From positions 32,001-96,000 of the IMG/VR virus record IMGVR_UViG_3300025423_000009: a stretch of 64,000 nucleotides of DNA, one strand, 5' to 3'. This stretch comes from a virus. The notes under the pieces are model-generated. The model was given only the letters and a program-made list of their open reading frames with translations, ran no database searches and had not been told where the DNA came from. Shown one piece after another: positions 27,048 to 36,163 of this stretch; position 1 is the stretch's first letter; every line of letters begins with the position of its first letter. Made by a program: the position numbers and the translations under genes.

Positions 27048-27928
27048 AATAAGTATTCCTTGATTTGCATGTCCAAGTCAGAACATTGATGTTTAAGAAT
27101 GTTTTTACTATTAGCAAATTCGTCTATAATCGTCTCATATGAAGTCAGACATCGTCGAATCACTTCACCTATCATTCGGTGATCGCCGAGTTTATACATG
27201 TCTGGAACCGTTACGTCTTCACTAAAAGCCGCTGAACCTTTACGATTTGTGATAACACAGTTACCGAAAAGCAAAGCTTCACGAGGGATTCGATCCTTTC
27301 CAGGATGATTCCCAAAGTCTATATAAATCTTGCTCTTGCACAGGAGATCGATGACCTGTTCTCGATTCAGTCCTGAGATCGGTCTGAAGTCGATGTTCGG
27401 ATTCTCCGTCATGATCTGCATCGTCACTTCGTACCCCTTGGCCGGATTATAGCATACGAAGTCTTGCTTCTCTGATAGAGGAATGTCTTGAATCGTATTG
27501 GCACCAAAGATGTAATCGTTCAGCATGTGAACATTCTTAGCTCCATTGCGAGTGACGTAGTCGTAAGCGTACCGCGACTGACAGAAGTGAGTAATTGAGG
27601 TGTCGTGAAAGTCCTGAAACTTAGAATGATTGTTGTCAACGCTTAGCCACCAGATAGCCCGTGATATCGATTTGAATGAAGGAAGCATCGCGGTCCACAC
27701 TTCAGGAACGATTAGTAGACTTTCAGCTTCGTCTGGAACAGAGAATCCATACTCTGAAAACTTGTAGTGAGCATAGATGTTTAGGACCGGATTCGAGCAA
27801 TGACGATCAAAGATCGGTATAGCTTTACCTCCAAGTCGATTGATGCCGTCGATCAACTGATACAATGATTCGATCCCTCCGGCCTGATACTGAGCCGGAG
27901 TCATCACATAAATTGCTTTGAATCTCAT
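27044..27928 (-). CDS. GT-B fold glycosyltransferase
   Basis: GGIESLYQL, YNPAKG, KIYIDFG.HPGKDRIPREA. Confidence 0.7.
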   Translation of the reverse strand: MRFKAIYVMTPAQYQAGGIESLYQLIDGINRLGGKAIPIFDRHCSNPVLNIYAHYKFSEYGFSVPDEAESLLIVPEVWTAMLPSFKSISRAIWWLSVDNNHSKFQDFHDTSITHFCQSRYAYDYVTRNGAKNVHMLNDYIFGANTIQDIPLSEKQDFVCYNPAKGYEVTMQIMTENPNIDFRPISGLNREQVIDLLCKSKIYIDFGNHPGKDRIPREALLFGNCVITNRKGSAAFSEDVTVPDMYKLGDHRMIGEVIRRCLTSYETIIDEFANSKNILKHQCSDLDMQIKEYLL

Positions 27929-28626
27929 GTGCGCACGTACTTTCTTCTTACATATTCAAGTTCAGATTGCTTCTTCGCATCGCTAACCAAAGACGAGCTT
28001 ATCTGATTCGAATGCTCGCGATTTGCCACCGTGATCTGATTGCAGATCGCTGGAAGCCCATGCTTATCATACAGCTGCTTATAGTAGTCGACATCCATCA
28101 GCCATATCAAATTCTCATCGAATCGCAGGACGTTTTCATTCTTGAACATAATGACACTCGGCGAGCTGATAGTATTTGTGCCATATTGAATCTCATCATG
28201 ATAGAATGGAAAGTTCGGTCGTTCCAGCCTGACACCGTCCGGAGACTGGCATGAAGCCGTTGCCAACCAGTAGTTTTGACTTCCCGCGAAATAGAACATC
28301 ATTGCTTCAAGACTTCGATCGGAAGTTAGGAAGTCATCTTGAAAGAGTGGCTTTATCACCTTTCCACATGCGTGATGAATCGCATTGTTGGTATTGTGAG
28401 AAGAGTTACCTCGATTCATCGCTTTAACATATCGAATGAGTAAACGATCATTCCATCGTTCGCATAGTCGATTGATCCCATCGTCGATGCTCTGATCGGA
28501 CACGATCACTTCGAAAGACTTGAATGTCTGACGAGTTAGTATTGAAAATGAATGTTCAAGGTAAGCGACGCCTTGACCGGCCATTTCATAAGTTGGAATG
28601 CATATCGATACGATCGGATCGTTCAT
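27925..28626 (-). CDS. GT2 family glycosyltransferase
   Basis: SICIPTY, EVIVSDQS, NTNNAI, LFQDD. Confidence 0.88.
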   Translation of the reverse strand: MNDPIVSICIPTYEMAGQGVAYLEHSFSILTRQTFKSFEVIVSDQSIDDGINRLCERWNDRLLIRYVKAMNRGNSSHNTNNAIHHACGKVIKPLFQDDFLTSDRSLEAMMFYFAGSQNYWLATASCQSPDGVRLERPNFPFYHDEIQYGTNTISSPSVIMFKNENVLRFDENLIWLMDVDYYKQLYDKHGLPAICNQITVANREHSNQISSSLVSDAKKQSELEYVRRKYVRT

Positions 28627-29519
28627 AGCTTGGGTAGATTTAGATTCTCAAGTATTTCACTCAGACGATAGAAATAGTCACCCCAGTAGAGAGCCCTCCG
28701 GCAGTTATCTTCGATTGCCTGACTCCTCTTATGATAGTCTTCTTCCGTTAGACCATTGACGATTTGAATGAGTTCGTTCTCGTCATTGAACGTGATGTAC
28801 CCATCTGGATTGAAGAAGTCTGATAGATTTGGACATCCCCAGTATATGGGAACGGTCTTGGTCAGGAAGCTGTCAATCACTTTCTCCGTAAAGTAGTTCT
28901 TATTCCTCGAGTTTTCGACCGCGATATGGAACATGCTTTTCCAGCATACTACTTTGTCTTGAGGTTCGCATTGAAAGATCCAGCTGTTTGGAGTTGTCAC
29001 TGAAGATCGAGAGTTGAAGATGCTGTGTCTAAGCCGATGACCCTCGATGGCATTCTTGACACCGCAAAGAAATGAAGTTTCAAACTTCTTTTCTTTGATG
29101 CTGATATTCTGATATGTCCGCTTGTTGTCCCAGATGAAAGACGTACCAAAGGGAAACATCATGGAGTTTGGACACTTTGACAGTATTGAATCTCCCCAAG
29201 TCAAAATCAAATTAAAAGCTCGATGATTTGTGATCGCCCAGTCGTGTAGACCAAACAATTGATTCGGTTCCTGTATGACGAGTATGTTACATGCGCTAAG
29301 TTTCAGCTGATCTGTATTCGGAATAAAGTCGGTGAATACGGTAACGTTCCTATCGGAGAAGTCGACTTTTTTGCTCGGAAGAATGAAGTCTTCTCCAGTC
29401 AGAAGAGTCTTCTCATAAAGAGAAGGTGGTATGAAGGTCGAGAAGAATTTCATATAATGATCCAGTTTTTCTGATACAGGTCGCTGATATTTGCCTCCGC
29501 CAGGTGCTGACGAAACCAC
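28623..29519 (-). CDS. GT10-like (fucosyltransferase-like) glycosyltransferase
   Basis: FHIAVENS...YFTEKVIDSF..KTVPIYWG. Confidence 0.75.
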   Translation of the reverse strand: MVSSAPGGGKYQRPVSEKLDHYMKFFSTFIPPSLYEKTLLTGEDFILPSKKVDFSDRNVTVFTDFIPNTDQLKLSACNILVIQEPNQLFGLHDWAITNHRAFNLILTWGDSILSKCPNSMMFPFGTSFIWDNKRTYQNISIKEKKFETSFLCGVKNAIEGHRLRHSIFNSRSSVTTPNSWIFQCEPQDKVVCWKSMFHIAVENSRNKNYFTEKVIDSFLTKTVPIYWGCPNLSDFFNPDGYITFNDENELIQIVNGLTEEDYHKRSQAIEDNCRRALYWGDYFYRLSEILENLNLPKL

Positions 29520-30265
29520 ACAGACGGAGCTATAACTTTCTTATTTGGATTAGAGTTTAGCCAACTTCCCCACCATGAGAACGTTGAGTTTGCGATGATA
29601 TTGTGCTGGCACAGGGACATCAGGCATAGCTCGACGAACTGATTGTTAGCCGTGCAAAGACGGACCGAATCGCTCGGACGAATCTTTTGCCCCAGGAATG
29701 CCGGATCGTCCGTGATGTAGATGAAGTCATATGGCTTATCCAAAAAGTTCTCTTCAATGGCCCTACGGTAATATGTTTCATCGCATAAGCCATGCCATGT
29801 ATTTTGCACATAGTCACCTCGCCGAACATGAATCGATACCGTCTCATGATCAGGACGAAGATATTTCTTGGCTTCTTCGATGATCTCGGGTTTGAAAGTG
29901 AATTCACGTCGTACCCGATCTTCAATGTGTTCAAAGTATCGATGAGTTTGAAAGTATCCACGTAGACATACATTATCACCTGTATGAAAGAATTTCTCTT
30001 GAAAATGAAATTCATTTGGACTATTCTCAATGGCAAACTTATACTCGCCAGGAACACAATCCTTACACGACAGATTAAATGCCTTATCAACCGTCATGGC
30101 GTGAAAGGTATTATCAATCGGAAATTCTTTCCACGTAAGAGAATTTCCATATCGTCGATCGATTCCCCAATCGAGATTCTGTTTAGTCGCGATGCCCATC
30201 AGAGCCGCATATTGAAACATTTGATTGCCCAACCTCCCATTAGGTCCTATGAGTGCCGTAATCAT
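29450..30265 (-). CDS. GT11 alpha-1,2-fucosyltransferase-like protein
   Basis: GRLGNQMFQYA, GYFQT..YF, SIHVRRGDY, IIANSTFSWW. Confidence 0.9.
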   Translation of the reverse strand: MITALIGPNGRLGNQMFQYAALMGIATKQNLDWGIDRRYGNSLTWKEFPIDNTFHAMTVDKAFNLSCKDCVPGEYKFAIENSPNEFHFQEKFFHTGDNVCLRGYFQTHRYFEHIEDRVRREFTFKPEIIEEAKKYLRPDHETVSIHVRRGDYVQNTWHGLCDETYYRRAIEENFLDKPYDFIYITDDPAFLGQKIRPSDSVRLCTANNQFVELCLMSLCQHNIIANSTFSWWGSWLNSNPNKKVIAPSVWFRQHLAEANISDLYQKNWIII

Positions 30266-30269
30266 AATA

Positions 30270-30965
30270 TCATTTATAGTATTTTTCCGCACGAGGTAGT
30301 CCATCTGCTCCATTGACGAAGACGATGGCCTCAGGTGGAGGAACTTTGCCGTGACCGGTATAATGAACGGCAAACTTAGTCGTATAGTTTACCGTAGGCT
30401 TGAAAGATCTCGCCACATGTTGCTTAGGCAAATGATGCCAGAAGATACGATCTCCGATAATACCGAGTTTCTTCTCCTTAAATGTCCAGAATCCGATGAG
30501 ATTGAAAGCCGATCGAGCGATCAGATAGCAATTCGTATCACAAAAGTTAACGCCGTCGGATTCGAGGCACGTGGCAATGACTTCACCTTGCAGATCTCGC
30601 AAAGTCCTTCCAGTCGTAACGATCGGAGTCTGATCCGTAACTTTAGATATAGCCTCGGCTACGTGATCGGATTCATACCAACAGTCCGCATCGAGGAAGC
30701 ACACGGCGTCGAATCCTTGATTACAGGCAATGGCCGCACCAATCGCTCGTGGAGTGTCACCATAGTCTCCGCAGTTTGGAATCGAAAAATGACGATTCTT
30801 GCCGAATTTCACGCTCGGTAAATCATCGATCCAGGCTTGAGGATGACCATCCGCAACAATGAAGTGAGACACATATGGGTGAGTCTGACTCGTCACGGAA
30901 CGCATGCATCTGACCAGAGTATCGGGATCTTCCTTATAGTAGGGAGTAATGACGGCGACATTCAT
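30270..30965 (-). CDS. GT2 family glycosyltransferase
   Basis: AVITPYY, IVADG, GDTPR..G, CFLDADCW. Confidence 0.85.
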   Translation of the reverse strand: MNVAVITPYYKEDPDTLVRCMRSVTSQTHPYVSHFIVADGHPQAWIDDLPSVKFGKNRHFSIPNCGDYGDTPRAIGAAIACNQGFDAVCFLDADCWYESDHVAEAISKVTDQTPIVTTGRTLRDLQGEVIATCLESDGVNFCDTNCYLIARSAFNLIGFWTFKEKKLGIIGDRIFWHHLPKQHVARSFKPTVNYTTKFAVHYTGHGKVPPPEAIVFVNGADGLPRAEKYYK

Positions 30966-30969
30966 AAAA

Positions 30970-31920
30970 TTATCTAGACGCTCCACGAAGTGCAAAGGAA
31001 ATGGCTCGCGCGGCCTCGGTCTCCATGCCTCGATTCTTATACCACGATCCGGTATCTCGATCGAGCTCACGACATAGATCGGCGATCTCTCTTGCCGTGA
31101 TTGGATATCCGCGACGAATCGCCGTGGCGGCAATCGAGGACATGACCTGATACATCTTCAAGTACCAGCCGGTCGACGAGATCGATCGATACTGATTGAT
31201 GAGCTCGCGCTTTACGAACGGACAGTTACGGTATGATGTCCACGAATACTTATGACCATTGGTCAATTGACTTCTCTGATGCTTCTCGATGGCCTTCTGC
31301 ACGTGTTCTGGCAGATTGTCGAGGATTCCAGTGGAATGCTTCTCGACATATGGCCATCGGCTCATGAGTTCATATGGATTCAAAGCCGGACCCTTATTCG
31401 AGAAGATGAAGTTGTACGCGTTTGGATACTGAGCCGGAACATAGTACATGCGACTGAGATCCTTGGTCTGCGGATCGGCCAGGGACTTAAACTCCTTGTT
31501 CAGCGCATACCAGAAGTGCCTGATCTTATCGGCCGAAATCGCACAAGTTAACTCGAGGACGACTCGAAACTTCGGATGCTCCTTCTTCGAAGAGGCCGAC
31601 GAGTAGATCACGGAGCGATAGAGCGAAAACGCTTTCACGGCATCGTCATAGCCACCGACTGGATACTCATCGACGTCGATGGCCGCCCATTTGGCCCAGC
31701 AGTCGACGTTGGCGTTAGATCTAGTGGTACCTGGCTTGAAGATCGCCGGAGTGATCAGAGGAGACGCATCCTTGCAGAATCTTTCTTCCTTCTTGGGCTT
31801 GTATCCGGGGACTCTGGACAGCTCATATAAAAGCGACTCAAGCTCGTCAAAGGAATCGAATTCCATTCGACGATGAGTCTTGTTATCGAAGATCGACTTG
31901 AATATAGTCAAAGCTATCAT
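30970..31920 (-). CDS. Archaeo-eukaryotic primase (prim-pol) superfamily protein
   Basis: AAIDVD, YSSASS...PKFRVV, D.SRMYYVP and a helical C-terminal domain. Confidence 0.65.
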   Translation of the reverse strand: MIALTIFKSIFDNKTHRRMEFDSFDELESLLYELSRVPGYKPKKEERFCKDASPLITPAIFKPGTTRSNANVDCWAKWAAIDVDEYPVGGYDDAVKAFSLYRSVIYSSASSKKEHPKFRVVLELTCAISADKIRHFWYALNKEFKSLADPQTKDLSRMYYVPAQYPNAYNFIFSNKGPALNPYELMSRWPYVEKHSTGILDNLPEHVQKAIEKHQRSQLTNGHKYSWTSYRNCPFVKRELINQYRSISSTGWYLKMYQVMSSIAATAIRRGYPITAREIADLCRELDRDTGSWYKNRGMETEAARAISFALRGASR

Positions 31921-31966
31921 GATGAAGTATGAGCATCATACCATGAAGCTCGGCAAACGTAAACGT

Positions 31967-32380
31967 TTATTTTTCGTATGCCTTCGAAATGATTCCATGA
32001 TTGTTGGAATGATCAGGCGCTTTCCATCCCGGCTCTTTTATCAAATCCGGAAGTCCCCAAGGATTCGGACGAGACGCCTTAATGCCAACCTTCTTGTTCA
32101 TGTTGGCGCGCAGAACTTCTTCCCAAGCTTCCTGAGCGTCGACGTCGTATGCATCCAGAGTGCCGATGGCTACGACGCAGAGATCGATCAGCGCATCAAC
32201 GATTTCTTCGGCATCACCGGCCTCAACGGCCTTCATTCCCTCATTGAGTTCCTCTTGCAAAAAGCGAAAGCGAAAGCTGAGGTACTCGCGCAGATGTTCC
32301 TTCGATAGCGTGAGAGTCTTGGTCTTCACGCCGTAATGCTTATGCATATCCTTGATGTCTTGATTCCAGTTTAAGCTCAT
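31967..32380 (-). CDS. MazG-like / PRA-PH dNTP pyrophosphatase
   Basis: LQEELNE...EIVDALIDL...ANM.K...DLIKEPGW..P. Confidence 0.85.
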   Translation of the reverse strand: MSLNWNQDIKDMHKHYGVKTKTLTLSKEHLREYLSFRFRFLQEELNEGMKAVEAGDAEEIVDALIDLCVVAIGTLDAYDVDAQEAWEEVLRANMNKKVGIKASRPNPWGLPDLIKEPGWKAPDHSNNHGIISKAYEK

Positions 32381-32385
32381 AATGA

Positions 32386-32601
32386 TTATTGATTGATGAT
32401 TAAGTTTCGAGAATTTAGAATGTTGTGAAGTTCCGTGCGAATCGCATTGACTTCATCATAGTTGGAAAGTTTCTCATACTTGAGTCGACGCCGTAGGTAT
32501 TCATCAAGCTCCTGAATCGCGAACTTGTACTGTGTACCATTGATGGCATCAGCGTGTTGTTCCTCTTCTTCGGGCAGATTGAATTCTAGTATTGCTTTCA
32601 T
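32386..32601 (-). CDS. Conserved small phage protein
   Basis: MKAILEFNLPEE...H..AING. Confidence 0.65.
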   Translation of the reverse strand: MKAILEFNLPEEEEQHADAINGTQYKFAIQELDEYLRRRLKYEKLSNYDEVNAIRTELHNILNSRNLIINQ

Positions 32602-32825
32602 GCTATGTCCTTGAAGATATGTTCGGCCCATTCGGAAATATGTCGGCACGACCATCCTTGCTCGATGAGTACCTCGGAGATCGCCGCGCTCAGATTTGAA
32701 AACACTCCAATCGATCGATTGTTGAATGCCACGACGAATGTCTCATTTGCGGTCGTCGATGACCTGTGAATGGTGTATTGACCGATGTACCAGTATTGAC
32801 CGTTGTTATCTGTTGCTTTCGTCAT
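32598..32825 (-). CDS. Hypothetical protein
   Basis: Starts 4 nt after the gp43B stop; ATGA overlap downstream. Confidence 0.5.
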   Translation of the reverse strand: MTKATDNNGQYWYIGQYTIHRSSTTANETFVVAFNNRSIGVFSNLSAAISEVLIEQGWSCRHISEWAEHIFKDIA

Positions 32826-32829
32826 AATC

Positions 32830-33903
32830 TTAAAAGAAGCTTTCAAGGCTACCGACATCTTCGGACGTCCAGTCGATCGACTTTAGAATCAGATCGAGAG
32901 GTTCCAAGAACGTCTTCTCGAATTGAGTGTCATAGTCGACAGAATTATGTAGGCCGAGTTCCTTCGGCAGATCTCCTGCGGCCGGAAAGGCGATCACGTT
33001 CTCCTGAATCTCATTTGGAATCTTCAGATACACGAAGCGAATCTTGTCGCCAGACTGAATGCCTCGATAGGTGGATGTCAGGCCCTTGGCCTCGATCCAG
33101 TGATTGTACAGAAGTGCTCCACGAACGTGAATCGGTGTTCCCTTCTGATAGATGGTTCCATTACTCTGCCAACCATCAACATCTGAAGTTCCTCGAGGAA
33201 AGGCGACTTCTCGAGGACTCATGGAAGAAAACTGCTTGCGAAATTCCGCGATGGCTTCCTGAGTAGCCGCCTTATTGCCAGTCATAATGATCTTGAACAT
33301 GCGCTTCATGGCCGAACGACAGACGGCCGGAGTCGACGACTTGATCGCTTCAATCCCCATGATCTTTAGCTTAGGTTCCGTGTACCGCACTCCCTCATTG
33401 TCCAGAACGTTTAGAATGTAACGCTTCTTGGCCGTCCATACGGCACGATCCGCGATGGCCTCACGCTTCATGATCATGCGATTCACATAAGCATTGGTAG
33501 CCTTGGCGAACTTATTGAATGCGACCTCGAGTTCCAGACCAATACCCTTCTCATAGAACTCATCGAGAAACTTGATAGGATCTTTTGGCTTGAACTTGTC
33601 GATCACGTCCTTCAGAGTCACATACACGGAGTCGGTATCGACGGCCAACACTCGATCCTTCTCGATGCCAATCATCTTAGACACGTAACGATTCACGGTA
33701 GCTTCGGCCAAACGAATGGCCGTCTGACCGGACAGAGTCACGGCCTCGGCCACCTTAATGTTGAAGTAGCGGAAAAAACGATTTCCGAGTGCTCCGTACA
33801 AACTATTGAGAAGCACCTTCAGTGACTGTTGTTCGATTTCCAAGTTAGAAATCTGGGTATCGAGTTCTTTCAATTCCTTTTGCAATAATAAAAATTCACT
33901 CAT
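32830..33903 (-). CDS. 43B: DNA polymerase gp43, C-terminal half (43B)
   Basis: KVLLNSLYGALG, AVDTDS, KKRY, KIMGIEA.KSSTP. Confidence 0.95.
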   Translation of the reverse strand: MSEFLLLQKELKELDTQISNLEIEQQSLKVLLNSLYGALGNRFFRYFNIKVAEAVTLSGQTAIRLAEATVNRYVSKMIGIEKDRVLAVDTDSVYVTLKDVIDKFKPKDPIKFLDEFYEKGIGLELEVAFNKFAKATNAYVNRMIMKREAIADRAVWTAKKRYILNVLDNEGVRYTEPKLKIMGIEAIKSSTPAVCRSAMKRMFKIIMTGNKAATQEAIAEFRKQFSSMSPREVAFPRGTSDVDGWQSNGTIYQKGTPIHVRGALLYNHWIEAKGLTSTYRGIQSGDKIRFVYLKIPNEIQENVIAFPAAGDLPKELGLHNSVDYDTQFEKTFLEPLDLILKSIDWTSEDVGSLESFF

Positions 33904-33924
33904 AAATTCACATCATTTATACTC

Positions 33925-35457
33925 TCAAAGCACTCCATTTTGCTTCAATTGTTCAATCTTTTTTACAATAATTTCACGTTTTCTTTTTAATGAAAGGGTT
34001 TCATTTTTTGCGAGTTTTCTTTTAGTATACAGCTCCTCAACCAGAGTCGGAATGATGCCCTTCACGTCCTTTCGAAAGCACGCTCCGTTGGCCGCAACAC
34101 AGACTCCAGGATCCTCGTCGAAGAGCGGCTTACCGGTCAACACGGCATCGATGATCTGATTCGGATCGACCTTCATCGTCACGTGCGAGATGTAGGTTTC
34201 CGGAGACATGTTGTACTGCACGATGAGATTGGGATACTCCGAGTTGATGTCACATGAGAGCACCCACTCATGCATTCCTTGCTGAACGTCCTTGACGTAT
34301 CCACCAGCAAACTGAGGCACATGAGATGGAGGCTCGGATTGAAAGGGAACGACGACATTCCTATTGGCCAGCTTTCGAAAGATGATGGAATCCCAGATCG
34401 CCGTGGTTCCCAAAGTGTCCGCGTAATTCACACCACCCATGTATGACATCATCATCACAAGTTGAATCAGACCGAGCTTCTCTTCGAGGCGATCTACGAG
34501 CTCCACGTCTTTTATGTTGTACTCCAAAAATTTTTGATGATCCGCATGATAGAGGTCATCGAGAGTGCCTTCATATTCCAACTTGCTTTCGTCAAGAACA
34601 ACCTTGGCGATGTGATCGAGCGTGTATTGTTCCTGAGCACCATACGTGTAGCCAAACTTCTGAAAGAGATCCATGTAGTCAAGCTGTTGAATGCCGACGA
34701 GCTCATACATCAGCTGCATGCGACCTTTGAGCTTTACTTCCTTGGATTCAATGATGTTCCAGGGACTTAGCATCTTCGAAGCCTCTTCTCCACCAAGCTT
34801 GGAGATTCGAGTGGCCAGATACGGCACGTCGAATGCACGGGTGTTCCATCCGGTGATGATGTCTGGCGAGTTATCCGGATGAATCCACCAGCGAAGAAAG
34901 TCCTCGAGCATCTGACCCTCGGTTTGAAACTGACGATAGTCGATCATATATCGAGACGTCTTGCAGAGTGAAGGATCAAAGGCCTTGAGTCCCCAAGTGT
35001 GGCACGTATTATCCGTCGAACACTTGACCGTGATCGCGACGATGGGATTCTTGGCTTCCGATGCCTCCGAGTAACCCCAAGCTTCCTTACCAACCTCGAT
35101 GTCCAACGTGCACGTACGAATCAGCGACTGCTGATAATGAATGCTCAGAGGAAACTGAGCTTGAATAAATGCCGGAACGTGACGATCATTGCCATAGATC
35201 TTGAAGGATGGCACGTGCTTATACGTCTCCACGAACTTACGGCATTCCGACATAGAGTCAAATTGCATAGGTTCGACTGGAGTTCCGTCGAGTCCTTTGA
35301 ATTTCGTCTTTGATGGATCCTTGGCTTCAAGGTACATGGTCGGACGAAAACGAACCTTCTCCTGAACTCTCTGACCGTTACGATCATACCCACGAATCAG
35401 GAGCGAGTTTATAGAACGGGCGATCGATGTGTAGAATGCGAGGTCTAGTTTGGCCAT
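33925..35457 (-). CDS. 43A: DNA polymerase gp43, N-terminal half (43A)
   Basis: LDIEV (Exo I), GWNTRAFD, YNIKD, CDINSEYP (motif A). Confidence 0.95.
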   Translation of the reverse strand: MAKLDLAFYTSIARSINSLLIRGYDRNGQRVQEKVRFRPTMYLEAKDPSKTKFKGLDGTPVEPMQFDSMSECRKFVETYKHVPSFKIYGNDRHVPAFIQAQFPLSIHYQQSLIRTCTLDIEVGKEAWGYSEASEAKNPIVAITVKCSTDNTCHTWGLKAFDPSLCKTSRYMIDYRQFQTEGQMLEDFLRWWIHPDNSPDIITGWNTRAFDVPYLATRISKLGGEEASKMLSPWNIIESKEVKLKGRMQLMYELVGIQQLDYMDLFQKFGYTYGAQEQYTLDHIAKVVLDESKLEYEGTLDDLYHADHQKFLEYNIKDVELVDRLEEKLGLIQLVMMMSYMGGVNYADTLGTTAIWDSIIFRKLANRNVVVPFQSEPPSHVPQFAGGYVKDVQQGMHEWVLSCDINSEYPNLIVQYNMSPETYISHVTMKVDPNQIIDAVLTGKPLFDEDPGVCVAANGACFRKDVKGIIPTLVEELYTKRKLAKNETLSLKRKREIIVKKIEQLKQNGVL

Positions 35458-35612
35458 TGAACGGATATCTTAACGCAAGACGGGGACGAAGTACACATAA
35501 AAGTTTCCTTCGTCCCCGTTTGATTTACGATTCAAGAAGCTTTCGTTTTAGGAAAACCGTTCGTTTTAATGGCTCACTAAAACATAGGCTTTTCCTAAAA
35601 TCAAGGTTTCCT

Positions 35613-36041
35613 TCAACCCTTCAGACACTGTTTATCAGCATTGATGGAGATCTTCTTGGGCTTGAGTTCATCCGGAATATTATGAATCAGCGTGATCGAC
35701 AAGACACCGTCAATGAAGTCCGCGGACTTGACCTCCACGTGTTCGGCCAGCGTGAACTTCTTCGTAAAGTCTCGACGAGAGATTCCCTGATGAAGAGTCG
35801 CGGACTTGAGAGAGCTTTCGTTGAGGCCCTTGGTGCCGGAGATCGATAGTTCTCCATTATGAACTTCAATTGAGATCTCTTTCTGCTTCCATCCGGCCAA
35901 AGCCAGATCAACACGATACTCATGATCCGAGATCTTCAGCACGTCGTGTGGAGGATAGGTTTGAATGTTGGACCAGTTTTCCGTCTCGAGGAGATCGAAG
36001 AGACGATTGAACCCGATGAAGTAATGACGAGGATACTGCAT
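35613..36041 (-). CDS. Small heat-shock protein Hsp20
   Basis: YPPHDV, LALAGW, HQGISRRDF...F.L, A...DGVL.I.L; downstream of late promoter 36150. Confidence 0.9.
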   Translation of the reverse strand: MQYPRHYFIGFNRLFDLLETENWSNIQTYPPHDVLKISDHEYRVDLALAGWKQKEISIEVHNGELSISGTKGLNESSLKSATLHQGISRRDFTKKFTLAEHVEVKSADFIDGVLSITLIHNIPDELKPKKISINADKQCLKG

Positions 36042-36163
36042 AATGACTTTCCTTTCCCGCTTCCAATTAAGCGAAGCGATTGTTGTTGTGTTTCTCGACC
36101 ATCCGATAGGCATGATCGAAGATCGTCCAACCTTGGACCGATCAGAGTTTATTTATATACGAA

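Noticed and set aside
33880-34030. Split intein in gp43
   Set aside because: No Cys/Ser block A after the N-extein and no His-Asn before the C-extein
35548-35606. Nested inverted repeat (TTTTAGGAAAA...TTTTCCTAAAA) after hsp20
   Set aside because: Most simply a terminator or processing hairpin between hsp20 and the gp43 promoter; it does not match CIRCE and no second copy was seen
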